Assembly (NCBI GenBank): GCA_964291415.2 | Contig: OZ219920.1 | Location: 1,024,001 to 1,088,000, forward strand | Length of the DNA: 64,000 nucleotides | Reading direction: 5' to 3' | From: Alphaproteobacteria bacterium | Lineage (GTDB): Bacteria > Pseudomonadota > Alphaproteobacteria > SP197 | Shown: positions 8,967 through 18,670 of the stretch, in pieces | Layout of the letters: each line of letters begins with the position of its first letter | Numbering within the stretch: the first letter of the stretch is position 1 | Position numbers and translations under genes: made by a program | Notes under the pieces: generated by a model | Told to the model about the DNA's origin: nothing | Databases searched by the model: none | Seen by the model: the letters and a program-made list of their open reading frames with translations, nothing else

Positions 8967-11207
8967 ATGAAGAAGATCATGGGATACTGCAATCCCTGGA
9001 CCGTCATGCCGGGCGATACGCTCGATGTCATGGTCAGCACCTACGGCCCTGCTCGCTATCGCGCCGACCTGGTGCGGGTGATCTGCGGCAACGACGATCC
9101 CGACCTCGACATCTATCGCGAAGAGGAGATCGCGGCGCCCTTTGCCGGCGAGTATCCCGGTCGCGAGCAGAAGACCGTTGCCGGATCCTATGCGACCATT
9201 CCCTCGAGCCCGCTGGTAACGGGACTGGGCAGCTTCACGGTCCAGACCTGGGTTTTTCCCACGACCCCCGAAAAGGGCGCCCAGGGCCTGATCTCGAATT
9301 GGGACGGCGCCACGGCCAGTGGATTCGCCCTGGCCATCGACGACAGCGGCGCTGCGGCCATGCGGCTCGGCGACGGCACCGGCGGGTCCGTTGAAGTCAC
9401 CACCGGCAGGCCGCTGGCGGCGCGGCGCTGGCATCTGGTCTCCGCCGCCTATGATGCGGCGGCAGCAACGCTGACCGTCTCCCAGGACTTCATCGGCCCG
9501 CAGTTCGAAGCCAGCACCAGCGCCAGCACCAGCAGCGCCGTCGACTTCACACCCGCCATGGGCAGCGACCGGCCACTGATCATGGCGGCGATGCCGGCGA
9601 CCCATCCGGCGGGCCGGCCCGGCGCCAGCCACTTCTTCAACGGCAAGCTCGACCGGCCGCGCCTGGTCGGTCGTGCGTTGGACATGGCCGACAGCGTTGC
9701 CATGGGCTGGAACGCCATGCCCCACAAACTCGACGCATCGGTGATCGCGGCGTGGGATTTCTCCCGCGAAATCGGCGACGTCACGATTGTCGACGCCGGC
9801 CCCAACAGCCTTCACGGTCGGGTGGTCAACCTGCCGTCGCGCGCGGTCAAGGGCTTCAACTGGAGCGGCAATGAGCAGAACTGGCGTCACGCGCCCGAGG
9901 AATACGGCGCCATCCACTTCCACGACGACGACCTCTACGACGCAGAATGGGACACCGACTTCACCTACGAGGTCCCGGCAGACCTGCGCAGCGGCGTCTA
10001 CGCGGTGCGCCTGCGGGCCGACGACGACGAATGGTACCTGACCTTCTATGTCCGCCCGCCGCGCGGCACCACCACGGCCAGGCTCGCCTTCCTGGCGTCG
10101 ACGGCCACCTACATGGCCTATTCCAACATCCAGTGGACGTGGCAGGAGCCCTTCGGCGAAGTGACCGAATGCTACTGGACGACCATGCAACCGGGGGAAG
10201 TCTTCCTCCAGGAGCACCCGGAATACGGACTGTCGACCTACGACGACCACTCCGACGGCAGTGGCGTGCGGTATGCCTCGCGCCTGCGACCGGTGAGCCA
10301 GGTGGGCCCCAAGACGGATCCGGTTTGGAACATCAATGCCGACACCCACATCATTGGCTGGCTCGAAGAGAAAGGCATCGAGTACGACGTCATAACCGAC
10401 GAAGACCTGCACGACGAAGGCGTCGCGGTGCTTGAGCCGTACAGCGCCGTGATCACCGGCGCCCATCCCGAGTACTACACCACGCCCATGTGGGACGGCC
10501 TGCAGACCTATCTGGCGCGGGGTGGTCGCATGGCCTATCTCGGCGGCAACGGCTTCATCTGGCGTTGTGCCATGTCGGACGCCATGCCAGGCGTGGTCGA
10601 GTTGCGCCGGGCAGAGGACGGCATCCGCTATCGCAGCGAGGAGCCGGGCGAATACTATCTGGAGTTCAACGGCGAGTATGGTGGCCTGTGGCGCCGTCTC
10701 GGCACGTCGCCCCAGGCACTTTGCGGGGTCGGCACGGTCGCGGTCGGCTTCGATGTCTCGGGCTACTACGTACGCAAGGAAGGGAGCTTCGATGCCCGCG
10801 CCCGGTTCATCTTCGAGGGCATTGGCGACGACGAGGTCATTGGCAATTTTGGTTTCTTCGCCGGCGGAGCAAGCGGCAGCGAGATCGACGCGGTTGACCC
10901 CGTGCTCGGCACTCCGCCCCACACGCTGATCCTGGCGTCCTCGGAAGGTCATTCAAGTAACACGCTGATCGTGCCCGATGAAATCGGTTTCACTCATACC
11001 GTCATGGACGGCGTCCAGAACCCCAACGTGCGCGCCGACATGACGTTCTTCGAAACGCCCGGCGGCGGCGCGGTGTTCTCCGTGGGCTCCATCGCCTGGC
11101 CGGGCAGCCTGCCGCACAACGGCTATGACAACAACGTGTCGCGGATCTGCGAGAACGTGCTGCGCCGCTTCATGGACGACACCCCGTTTGCCATGCCCGA
11201 CGGGTGA
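8967..11207 (+). CDS. dmfA2: N,N-dimethylformamidase large (beta) subunit family, with LamG-like N-terminal region
   Basis: YGAIHFHDDDL, TYMAYSN, GLSTYD, TGAHPEY, YLGGNGF, GTPPHTL, VRADMTFF, DNNVSRI; RBS GGAGG. Confidence 0.9.
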   Translation: MKKIMGYCNPWTVMPGDTLDVMVSTYGPARYRADLVRVICGNDDPDLDIYREEEIAAPFAGEYPGREQKTVAGSYATIPSSPLVTGLGSFTVQTWVFPTTPEKGAQGLISNWDGATASGFALAIDDSGAAAMRLGDGTGGSVEVTTGRPLAARRWHLVSAAYDAAAATLTVSQDFIGPQFEASTSASTSSAVDFTPAMGSDRPLIMAAMPATHPAGRPGASHFFNGKLDRPRLVGRALDMADSVAMGWNAMPHKLDASVIAAWDFSREIGDVTIVDAGPNSLHGRVVNLPSRAVKGFNWSGNEQNWRHAPEEYGAIHFHDDDLYDAEWDTDFTYEVPADLRSGVYAVRLRADDDEWYLTFYVRPPRGTTTARLAFLASTATYMAYSNIQWTWQEPFGEVTECYWTTMQPGEVFLQEHPEYGLSTYDDHSDGSGVRYASRLRPVSQVGPKTDPVWNINADTHIIGWLEEKGIEYDVITDEDLHDEGVAVLEPYSAVITGAHPEYYTTPMWDGLQTYLARGGRMAYLGGNGFIWRCAMSDAMPGVVELRRAEDGIRYRSEEPGEYYLEFNGEYGGLWRRLGTSPQALCGVGTVAVGFDVSGYYVRKEGSFDARARFIFEGIGDDEVIGNFGFFAGGASGSEIDAVDPVLGTPPHTLILASSEGHSSNTLIVPDEIGFTHTVMDGVQNPNVRADMTFFETPGGGAVFSVGSIAWPGSLPHNGYDNNVSRICENVLRRFMDDTPFAMPDG

Positions 11208-11665
11208 CATCGAGTCACCCTCCTGTTTGGCCTTGCCGACACGCTGACCGGTCCCGGGCGGAGGAACAACCGGTCGACGCGAACCGACCAGGCCAAGAAC
11301 TTCGCCCGCGAGCGGTTCCCGGCCTGGGCCCGCGAGAACTGGTCTGTGGCCCCGGCATCTCCGGTGCTGACGGCCAATGCCTGAGTCCACGCCAGACCGG
11401 ACTTATGACAGTCATGGCGCACTATGGGGCTCGGTGCGAATAGGCTGAAACGCCCGTCGGCCGGACCGGCTCGTTCAGGCGGGACAGCCATTGGCGCTCG
11501 CGCAGCGAGTTCCTTGTCCGGGTCGGGTCCGGGGCCGCGGTGAGGTTTCGCGCGAACGAAGCCCGGCGGCGGACTTTCGGCAACTCACCTGGCTCCGGAA
11601 TGGCTGGCTGCGTTCGGTCCCGGCAACGTGAGCCCGTCTCAGACGCGGTGCATCCAGGAGGGGAA

Positions 11666-13189
11666 TCAGGATCCCAGGATCTCTTCCTTGCGGCGGGCGA
11701 TGTAGTCGTTCAGGCCGTCGGCGATGCCGGGATCGATGGGCGGCGCCTGGTACTCCTTCAGCATGCGCTTCCACAGGCGGTGGGCCCTTTCGGCCGTTTC
11801 CACGGCTCCGGAGTCGTTCCAGTTCTCGAAGTTCCGCCAGTCTGACAGCAAGGGGCTGTAGAAGGCCGTTTCGTAGCGCGCCAGGGTGTGGCGGGCACCG
11901 AAGTAGTGGCCTCCGGGCTGCACTTCGGCGATGGCATCAAACCCCAGACTGTCGTCGTCGACCCGGATTCCCTCAAGGTAGACGGCCATCATCTGCAGCA
12001 TCTCCGCATCGATGACGAGCTTCTCGAAACTGCCGACGAGACCGCCCTCGAGCCAGCCGGCGCCATGAAAGAGGAGGTTCGCATGGCCCATGATGGCCCC
12101 CCACAGGGACATCATGCTCTCGTAGGCAGCCTGGGCATCGGGAGCGTTCGAGGCATTGGTGTTGCTCGACCGGTAGGGCACGCGGTAACGCCGTGTCAGT
12201 TGTCCGGTGGCCTGGCAGGCGAGGACATACTCCGGGGTGCCGAATGCCGGGGCGCCCGTCTTCATGTCGACGTTGCTGGTGAAGCCGCCATAGAGACCGG
12301 GAGCCCCGGGCCTGACGATCTGGATCAGGGCGAGGCCGAAGAGCGCTTCCGCGTTCTGCTGCACCAGGGCACCGGCCACGGTCGCAGGCGCCATGGCGCC
12401 GCACAGCGTGAAGGGAGTCACCACCACCGGCTGGTTGGCGCGGGCGAGGGTGATCAGCCCCTGGGCCATGGAACCGTCAAGCTGACGAGGAGAGTTGGTG
12501 TTGATGTTGCCGAGGACGCAGGGCGTGGTCTCAAGATCCCGTTCGTCGAGGCCGAGGGCGATCTTGGCCAGCTCGATGCCGTCGCGCGCGCGCTCCCCAC
12601 CCAGCAGGTTCACCGGGACCGCCTTGTCACCATAGAGAAACCCCGCCAGACCGTGATCGAGATGACGCGTCTCGGCCGGCAGATCGAGAGAGGCGAAGGC
12701 GCCGACCCCCATCATGTGAATGACGTCGAACATCTGTTCGAGCTTCACGAAGTCGCAGAACTCGGCATAGGTCCCGGCGCGCCGCCCACGGTCGAGATCG
12801 CTGGTGAAGGCCGGCCCGGCGACCGGTGTAAAGTTGATGGCGTTGCCACCCACCACGATGTTGCGCGCCGGATTGCGCGCATGGAGGGTGAAGACGGATG
12901 GTGTGGTGGTGATCGCCTCCTCCACCAGGCCAGGCTCCATGAAAACCATCTCCGCGGTCTCGTCCACGCGCGCCCCTGCCTCTTTGAGAAGACTGCGGGT
13001 CTCGCCATCGAGAACCTTCATGCCGAGTTCGTCGAGAACCCGAAGCGAGGTTCGGTGAATGGCCTCGACCTCGTCGTCCGAGAGCGGCGAGATGGGCGGG
13101 AAGGGATTGCGCACCTGGCGCCATGACAGGAGGTGAAGCGCCTGGCGCTCGCTGCCGAGACCGGCTCGGCTCCTGCGTCGACGCGCCAT
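11666..13189 (-). CDS. mttB: Trimethylamine methyltransferase (MttB/MtgB) family, non-pyrrolysine
   Basis: FTLHARNP, NINTNSPRQLD, VTPFTLCGAMAP, SNVDMKTGAPAFGTPE, AGWLEGGL, SDWRNFE; no in-frame amber codon. Confidence 0.92.
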   Translation of the reverse strand: MARRRRSRAGLGSERQALHLLSWRQVRNPFPPISPLSDDEVEAIHRTSLRVLDELGMKVLDGETRSLLKEAGARVDETAEMVFMEPGLVEEAITTTPSVFTLHARNPARNIVVGGNAINFTPVAGPAFTSDLDRGRRAGTYAEFCDFVKLEQMFDVIHMMGVGAFASLDLPAETRHLDHGLAGFLYGDKAVPVNLLGGERARDGIELAKIALGLDERDLETTPCVLGNINTNSPRQLDGSMAQGLITLARANQPVVVTPFTLCGAMAPATVAGALVQQNAEALFGLALIQIVRPGAPGLYGGFTSNVDMKTGAPAFGTPEYVLACQATGQLTRRYRVPYRSSNTNASNAPDAQAAYESMMSLWGAIMGHANLLFHGAGWLEGGLVGSFEKLVIDAEMLQMMAVYLEGIRVDDDSLGFDAIAEVQPGGHYFGARHTLARYETAFYSPLLSDWRNFENWNDSGAVETAERAHRLWKRMLKEYQAPPIDPGIADGLNDYIARRKEEILGS

Positions 13190-13244
13190 CGCCCTTTCCT
13201 TTCTCCACACCCGCCGCGGTTATACCCCAGGTTGCTGTGAGGCG

Positions 13245-13265
13245 ATCGCACTTTTGCGATTGACA
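13245..13265. promoter_or_regulatory. ATCGCA-CTTT-TGCGAT palindrome abutting a TTGACA -35 hexamer, between divergent mttB and the DddP-like genes
   Basis: Perfect 6-bp inverted repeat at 13245-13260; TTGACA at 13260-13265. Confidence 0.4.
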
Positions 13266-13317
13266 CCCCCGGTGATCGTCCGTTCCATGCCGATCACGTG
13301 ACGGGGACGGTTCGACA

Positions 13318-14568
13318 ATGCTCCAGTCTTCTGCAGACAGTCAGTATCTTGCCCGCAACACGCCGGGAATCGCGCAGCACGATGCCGAGCCGCAGATCAA
13401 TGTTCCGGGGATGCGCCTCTACCGCCTTGGCAGGGTTCAGCAGATGCTGAAGGAACGCTCTCTCGCGGGTGTGCTTCTCTACGATCCCATCAATGTTCGT
13501 TACGCCAACGGCTCCAGCAACATGCAGGTCTGGATCCTGCACAATCAGCACCGGTACTGCTGGGTCCCGGCCGAAGGAGGAACCGTTCTCTTCGACTATC
13601 CGCCGGCCGTTCACCTGTCAGAACACCTCGAGACCATCCGCGAGATCCGTCCGGCCCGCACCTGGACCTACTTTGGCGCCGGCGACAACTACCGGGAGAG
13701 AGTCCGCCTGTGGGCGGACGAACTCGTCGATGTCATCCGCGAGACATCCGGCGGCGACCTCGCCGTGGCCGCCGACCATCTCGACCCTTCTGGCGCCCGG
13801 GCGCTCGAGGAGAGGGGATGCACCATCGCCAACGGACAGGAAGTCATGGAGCGCGCCCGGTCCATCAAGTCCGACGACGAGATCCAGGCGATGCTTGTTT
13901 CCATCTCGGTGTGCGAGGCCGGGATGGCGAAGATGCAGGAGAACCTTCGCGCCGGGATCACGGAGAACCAGCTGTGGTCGCATCTCCACCAGGTGAACAT
14001 CGCCATGGGTGGCGAATGGATCGAGACCCGTCTTCTGGCTTCCGGCGGGCGGACGAATCCGTGGTTCAGGGAGTGCAGCGATCGAATCATCCGGGCCGGA
14101 GAGCTGGTGGCCTTCGACACCGATCTCATCGGACCCTTCGGCTACTGTTCGGATATCTCGCGCACCTGGTACTGCGGTCCCGGCAAGCCGACGGACGAAC
14201 AGCGGCGGCTCTACGCCTATGCCCATGAGCAGATCGAGACCAACATTCAGGAAATGCGTCCGGGCCGGACCTTCCGGGACATTGCCGAATCGTCCTGGCG
14301 TGTTCCGAACGAATTCATGGCGCGCCGCTACGGCTCCATGGCGCACGGTGTCGGCATGGCCGACGAGTGGCCGGGACTGACGTTTTCCGACAAGGCCGAC
14401 AAGGCCATGCCCGGTGTTCTCGAGGAGAACATGACCATTTGTGTCGAGAGCTACATCGGCGCCGAGGACGGCAATGAAGGCGTGAAACTCGAGGAGCAGA
14501 TCCTGGTGACCCCGTCAGGTCCCCAGCGCCTTTCCACATACCCCTTCGACGACGCGTTGCTCGGCTGA
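13318..14568 (+). CDS. M24B metallopeptidase-fold enzyme, DddP (DMSP lyase)-like, paralog 1
   Basis: DPINVRYA..SNMQVW, GGEWIETRLLASGGRTNPWF, FDTDLIG, DISRTW, HGVGMADEWP, CVESYIG, VKLEEQ. Confidence 0.85.
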   Translation: MLQSSADSQYLARNTPGIAQHDAEPQINVPGMRLYRLGRVQQMLKERSLAGVLLYDPINVRYANGSSNMQVWILHNQHRYCWVPAEGGTVLFDYPPAVHLSEHLETIREIRPARTWTYFGAGDNYRERVRLWADELVDVIRETSGGDLAVAADHLDPSGARALEERGCTIANGQEVMERARSIKSDDEIQAMLVSISVCEAGMAKMQENLRAGITENQLWSHLHQVNIAMGGEWIETRLLASGGRTNPWFRECSDRIIRAGELVAFDTDLIGPFGYCSDISRTWYCGPGKPTDEQRRLYAYAHEQIETNIQEMRPGRTFRDIAESSWRVPNEFMARRYGSMAHGVGMADEWPGLTFSDKADKAMPGVLEENMTICVESYIGAEDGNEGVKLEEQILVTPSGPQRLSTYPFDDALLG

Positions 14569-14580
14569 CGGGAGAGTGAC

Positions 14581-15816
14581 ATGAACGATACATTCAGCCT
14601 GGCGCGCAACACCCGTGGCGTTGCCCAGCACGACGCCGAGCCGCAGATCGACATCCGCCGCATGCGCGCCTGGCGCCTGGGCAGGATCCAGGGCGAGCTT
14701 CGCCGCCTCGACCTGGGCGGCATCATTCTCTACGACCCGGTGAACATCCGCTACGCCACCGGCACCAGCAACATGCAGGTGTGGTTCACCCACAATCCGA
14801 TCCGCTATTGCTTCGTTCCGGCCGAGGGCAAGGCTGTCCTCTTCGACTACGAGAAGTCGATGCATCTCTACCGGCACATGGAGACCATCGGCGAGATCAG
14901 GCCGGCTCTGGGCTACATCTACATGGTGGCATCGGAGAACATCGAGGCACGGGTGAAGGCCTGGGCCGAGGATATCGATTCGGTGATGCGCGCCTATGGG
15001 ACCGGTCGGCGCATCGCCGGCGACCGGCTCGACTTCGAGGGCGCCAATGCCCTCCAGGAGATGGGATACGAGATCGCCAGTGGTACGCGCGTGACGGAAC
15101 GCGCCAGGGTGATCAAGTCCGATGACGAAATCGAGGCCATGCTTGTTTCCATCTCCGTCTGCGAGGCGGCCATGGCAAGGATGCGCGAGGAACTGCGTGC
15201 CGGCATCAGCGAGACGGCGCTGTGGTCCATTCTCCATCAGGTGAACATCGAACTCGGAGGCGAGTGGATCGAAACCCGGCTTCTCGCATCCGGGGGCAGG
15301 ACCAATCCATGGTTCCGCGAGGCCTCGAGTCGGGTGATCCGGGCTGGCGAACTCGTTGGTCTCGACACCGACCTCGTCGGCCCCTTCGGTTATTGTGCGG
15401 ACATCAGCCGCACCTGGTTCTGTGGTCCGGGACGACCGACGGACGAGCAGCGCAGGCTCTATTCGCTTGCCCACGAGCAGGTCCAGTTCAACATCGACAT
15501 TCTCGAACCGGGCATGAGTTTCGTCGAGGCCGCCGAGAAGTCGTGGCCCGTCCCGGAGGAGTTCCAGGCCCGGAGGTACGGCATCGCCGCCCACGGGGTC
15601 GGTCTTGTCGACGAGTATCCGTCAATCTCCTTCGCGGACACGCCGCAGCGCTCCTCGACCGGCGTCATCGAACCTGGCATGACACTGTGTGTCGAGAGCT
15701 ACATCGGCGCCGAAGACGGCATCGAGGGCGTCAAGCTCGAGGAACAGGTTCTCGTGACCGACACCGGCGTCCAGCGCCTGTCGAGCTTCCCCTACGAGGA
15801 CGCTCTGCTGGCATAG
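14581..15816 (+). CDS. M24B metallopeptidase-fold enzyme, DddP-like, paralog 2
   Basis: Same motifs (GGEWIETRLLASGGRTNPWF, LDTDLVG, DISRTW, HGVGLVDEYP, VKLEEQ); shares the N-terminal LARNTxGxAQHDAEPQI with paralog 1. Confidence 0.85.
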   Translation: MNDTFSLARNTRGVAQHDAEPQIDIRRMRAWRLGRIQGELRRLDLGGIILYDPVNIRYATGTSNMQVWFTHNPIRYCFVPAEGKAVLFDYEKSMHLYRHMETIGEIRPALGYIYMVASENIEARVKAWAEDIDSVMRAYGTGRRIAGDRLDFEGANALQEMGYEIASGTRVTERARVIKSDDEIEAMLVSISVCEAAMARMREELRAGISETALWSILHQVNIELGGEWIETRLLASGGRTNPWFREASSRVIRAGELVGLDTDLVGPFGYCADISRTWFCGPGRPTDEQRRLYSLAHEQVQFNIDILEPGMSFVEAAEKSWPVPEEFQARRYGIAAHGVGLVDEYPSISFADTPQRSSTGVIEPGMTLCVESYIGAEDGIEGVKLEEQVLVTDTGVQRLSSFPYEDALLA

Positions 15817-15856
15817 CGTCCGCGCTCAGGTGCTTTCGGGGAAGGACGGGCGGAAA

Positions 15857-16822
15857 TCAGCCGGTTCGGGACGTTGCCGTCCGATTCACGAAGACTTCGG
15901 TGAGTGCTGATGAGCAGACGAGAGCGAAGCCGGTGGCCTCTCGCCAGCCGAAGGGCTCGGCGGTCAGGATCCCGGCGCTGGCGATTCCAACCACGACTTC
16001 AATCTGCAGAAGAATTCCCACCCTGGCGGGATCGAGGTGCTGACAGGCATAGAGCTGCATGAACATGATCGGTATCAGGAACACCGCGGCAATCACGAAG
16101 AGCCATGGCAGGGCGTTGAGAGCCGTTTCGGCCTGGGGAAGGATGCCCAGTCCGGTCGCCGGAACCAGGGCCAGGGCGAGCGCGATGACCGAGCCGTAGA
16201 GGAAGAAGGAGAGAACATTCTCGAAGTGACTCGCTTCGGGATCCATGCGGACCCTGGTGGAGCCCCAGGCCCAGAAGATGCCGGCGACGATGGCCATCCA
16301 GTCACCGGCATTGCGGGGGAGGGGCACACCGCCCTCATCGGCCAGCAGGACGAGGATTCCGGCAAAGCCGAGAACGATGGCCGAGACCCGGGCCAGGGTA
16401 AGCCGTCGCTTGAGGAGCCAGATCTCCAGCACCATGCTCCAGGCTGGAGACACGTAGAAGAGAATGAGCGCCCGTGACACCTCGGTGAGCAGCAGGCTGT
16501 CGGCGTAGAGCGCGAAGGCGCCACCGGTGAAGAGGCCCGTGTGCCAGCGCGACAGACCCGATGGCCGGCCCCGCGCCATGAGGAACACCGCCACGGGCGC
16601 CATGATCACCACCGGCATCAGAAACTGGCCGGTCACGGTGGCCCCGGCCGGAAGACCGGTTGCTTCCAGAGCACGCAGGGGTATCCAGAACAGCCCCCAG
16701 ACGGCCGCAGAGACGGCAAGGAAAATGACGGGAAGAGTGGTCGTCAAGGGAGTGAACAGACCGGGCGAGGCGCACCGATCCTCGCCCGGCAGCCGGTGCA
16801 CCGTCAATCCGCAGCGTGTCAT
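15857..16822 (-). CDS. DMT/EamA family transporter (start uncertain)
   Basis: About 10 hydrophobic segments in two repeats; [42 protein letters not shown]. Confidence 0.85.
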   Translation of the reverse strand: MTRCGLTVHRLPGEDRCASPGLFTPLTTTLPVIFLAVSAAVWGLFWIPLRALEATGLPAGATVTGQFLMPVVIMAPVAVFLMARGRPSGLSRWHTGLFTGGAFALYADSLLLTEVSRALILFYVSPAWSMVLEIWLLKRRLTLARVSAIVLGFAGILVLLADEGGVPLPRNAGDWMAIVAGIFWAWGSTRVRMDPEASHFENVLSFFLYGSVIALALALVPATGLGILPQAETALNALPWLFVIAAVFLIPIMFMQLYACQHLDPARVGILLQIEVVVGIASAGILTAEPFGWREATGFALVCSSALTEVFVNRTATSRTG

Positions 16823-16829
16823 CGGGGAC

Positions 16830-16858
16830 GTGACAATCGCAGGAAGCGAACCTAGTCT
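16830..16858 (+). promoter_or_regulatory. Putative sigma70 promoter of ilvD
   Basis: GTGACA-N17-TAGTCT. Confidence 0.4.
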
Positions 16859-16895
16859 CCGCCTCGAATTGGCATCAATCTCCAGGGAGTACCTC

Positions 16896-18614
16896 ATGAC
16901 CCGTTGGGACAAGTCCAGGTTGCCGAGCCGCCACGTCTCGGTCGGCCCCAAGAGCGCACCGCATCGCGCCTTCTACTATGCCATGGGCATGAGTGATGCC
17001 GAGGTGGAGCAGCCCTTCGTCGGCGTGGCGACCACCTGGAATGAGGCAGCCCCCTGCAACATCACCCTGATGCGCCAGGCCCAGGCCGCCAAGAAGGGGG
17101 TGAAGGCCGGTGGCGGCACGCCCCGCGAGTTCACCACCATCACCGTGACCGACGGCATTGCGATGGGGCATGCCGGGATGAAGTCATCACTGGTCAGCCG
17201 CGAGGTGATTGCGGATTCGGTGGAACTCACCATGCGCGGTCATTGCTATGACGGCCTCGTCGGACTGGCCGGCTGTGACAAGTCCCTGCCCGGCATGATG
17301 ATGGCCATGGTGAGACTGAACGTCCCGTCGGTCTTCATGTACGGTGGTTCGATTCTGCCCGGGCGCTACCGCAACCGGGACGTCACCATCATCGATGTCT
17401 TCGAGGGTGTCGGAGCCAATGCCTCCGGCGCCATGAGCGATGACGAACTGGATGTGCTCGAACATGCCGCCTGTCCATCGGGTGGGTCGTGCGGCGGGCA
17501 GTTCACCGCCAATACCATGGCGACCGTGTCCGAAGCGATCGGTCTGGCTCTTCCCAATTCAGCCATGACGCCGGCGCCCTTCGACAGCCGCGACATGTTC
17601 GCCGAAGCCTCCGGTCAGGCGGTCATGCGTCTCATTGCCGACGATATCCGGCCACGCGACATCGTCACCCGCAAGGCGCTGGAGAATGCCGCCGTGGTGG
17701 TGGCCGCAACCGGTGGTTCCACCAACGCCGGACTGCATCTTCCTGCCATCGCCCATGAGGCCGGCATCGACTTCACCCTCGAGGATGTCTGCGACGTCTT
17801 TCGAAGAACCCCCTATATCGCCGATCTCAAGCCCGGCGGCCGTTACGTGGCCAAGGACCTCTATGGCATCGGTGGTATTCCGGTGCTGATCAGGACCCTT
17901 CTCGATGGTGGATTCCTGCATGGCGATACTCTCACCGTGACCGGAAAGACGCTCGCTGAAAACCATGCCGACGTCGTGTTTCCCGAAGATCAGGACGTGG
18001 TGCGTCCCGTGACCAATCCGCTGTCGAACACGGGTGGCGTGGTCGGCCTCAGGGGCAATCTTGCGCCCGAAGGCGCCATCGTGAAGATCGCCGGTCTCGC
18101 ACGCCTTCAGTTCCGTGGCCCGGCCCGTTGCTTTGACACCGAGGAGGCCTGCCTCGATGCCGTTCTCGCCAGCGCCTTCGATGAGGGAGACGTTCTGGTC
18201 ATACGCTACGAGGGGCCACGGGGCGGGCCGGGCATGCGCGAGATGCTGGCCACCACCAGCGCACTCTATGGTCAGGGAATGGGTGAAAAGGTGGCGCTGA
18301 TCACGGATGGCCGGTTTTCCGGTGCCACCCGCGGATTCTGCATCGGTCATGTGGGACCGGAGGCGGGAGCAGGCGGGCCGATCGGGCTCCTCAGGGACGG
18401 TGACATGATCGCCATCGACGCGGCGGCCGGAACACTCGATGTCGAACTCGACGCGGCAGAACTCGAAGCCCGCCGCAAGGCGTGGAAGCCCAGAACCACG
18501 GACTACAATTCGGGTGTCATCTGGAAGTACGCACAGACCGTGGGACCGGCCCGGCTTGGCGCCGTCTCCCACCCCGGTGGCGGAGGAGAAACCCACGTCT
18601 TCGCCGATCTGTGA
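16896..18614 (+). CDS. ilvD: Dihydroxy-acid dehydratase
   Basis: [60 protein letters not shown]. Confidence 0.96.
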   Translation: MTRWDKSRLPSRHVSVGPKSAPHRAFYYAMGMSDAEVEQPFVGVATTWNEAAPCNITLMRQAQAAKKGVKAGGGTPREFTTITVTDGIAMGHAGMKSSLVSREVIADSVELTMRGHCYDGLVGLAGCDKSLPGMMMAMVRLNVPSVFMYGGSILPGRYRNRDVTIIDVFEGVGANASGAMSDDELDVLEHAACPSGGSCGGQFTANTMATVSEAIGLALPNSAMTPAPFDSRDMFAEASGQAVMRLIADDIRPRDIVTRKALENAAVVVAATGGSTNAGLHLPAIAHEAGIDFTLEDVCDVFRRTPYIADLKPGGRYVAKDLYGIGGIPVLIRTLLDGGFLHGDTLTVTGKTLAENHADVVFPEDQDVVRPVTNPLSNTGGVVGLRGNLAPEGAIVKIAGLARLQFRGPARCFDTEEACLDAVLASAFDEGDVLVIRYEGPRGGPGMREMLATTSALYGQGMGEKVALITDGRFSGATRGFCIGHVGPEAGAGGPIGLLRDGDMIAIDAAAGTLDVELDAAELEARRKAWKPRTTDYNSGVIWKYAQTVGPARLGAVSHPGGGGETHVFADL

Positions 18615-18670
18615 CACCTGAGCGGCTGATCAATGGAAGCGGCGGCGTCCCGAAGTGCCCCGGTGTTCGG

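Noticed and set aside
9511-9540. Short CCAGCA/CCAGCG tandem repeat
   Set aside because: Encodes a low-complexity ASTSASTSS stretch in frame; not an array or phase-variation tract.
11208-11384. Open frame continuing after the DMFase stop (HRVTLLFGLADTL...FARERFPAWARENW)
   Set aside because: No start, RBS or recognisable family, and no evidence for read-through; at most an unidentifiable remnant.
11666-13189. Possible pyrrolysine recoding in mttB
   Set aside because: The ORF is uninterrupted with no in-frame TAG, and no pyl genes are present.
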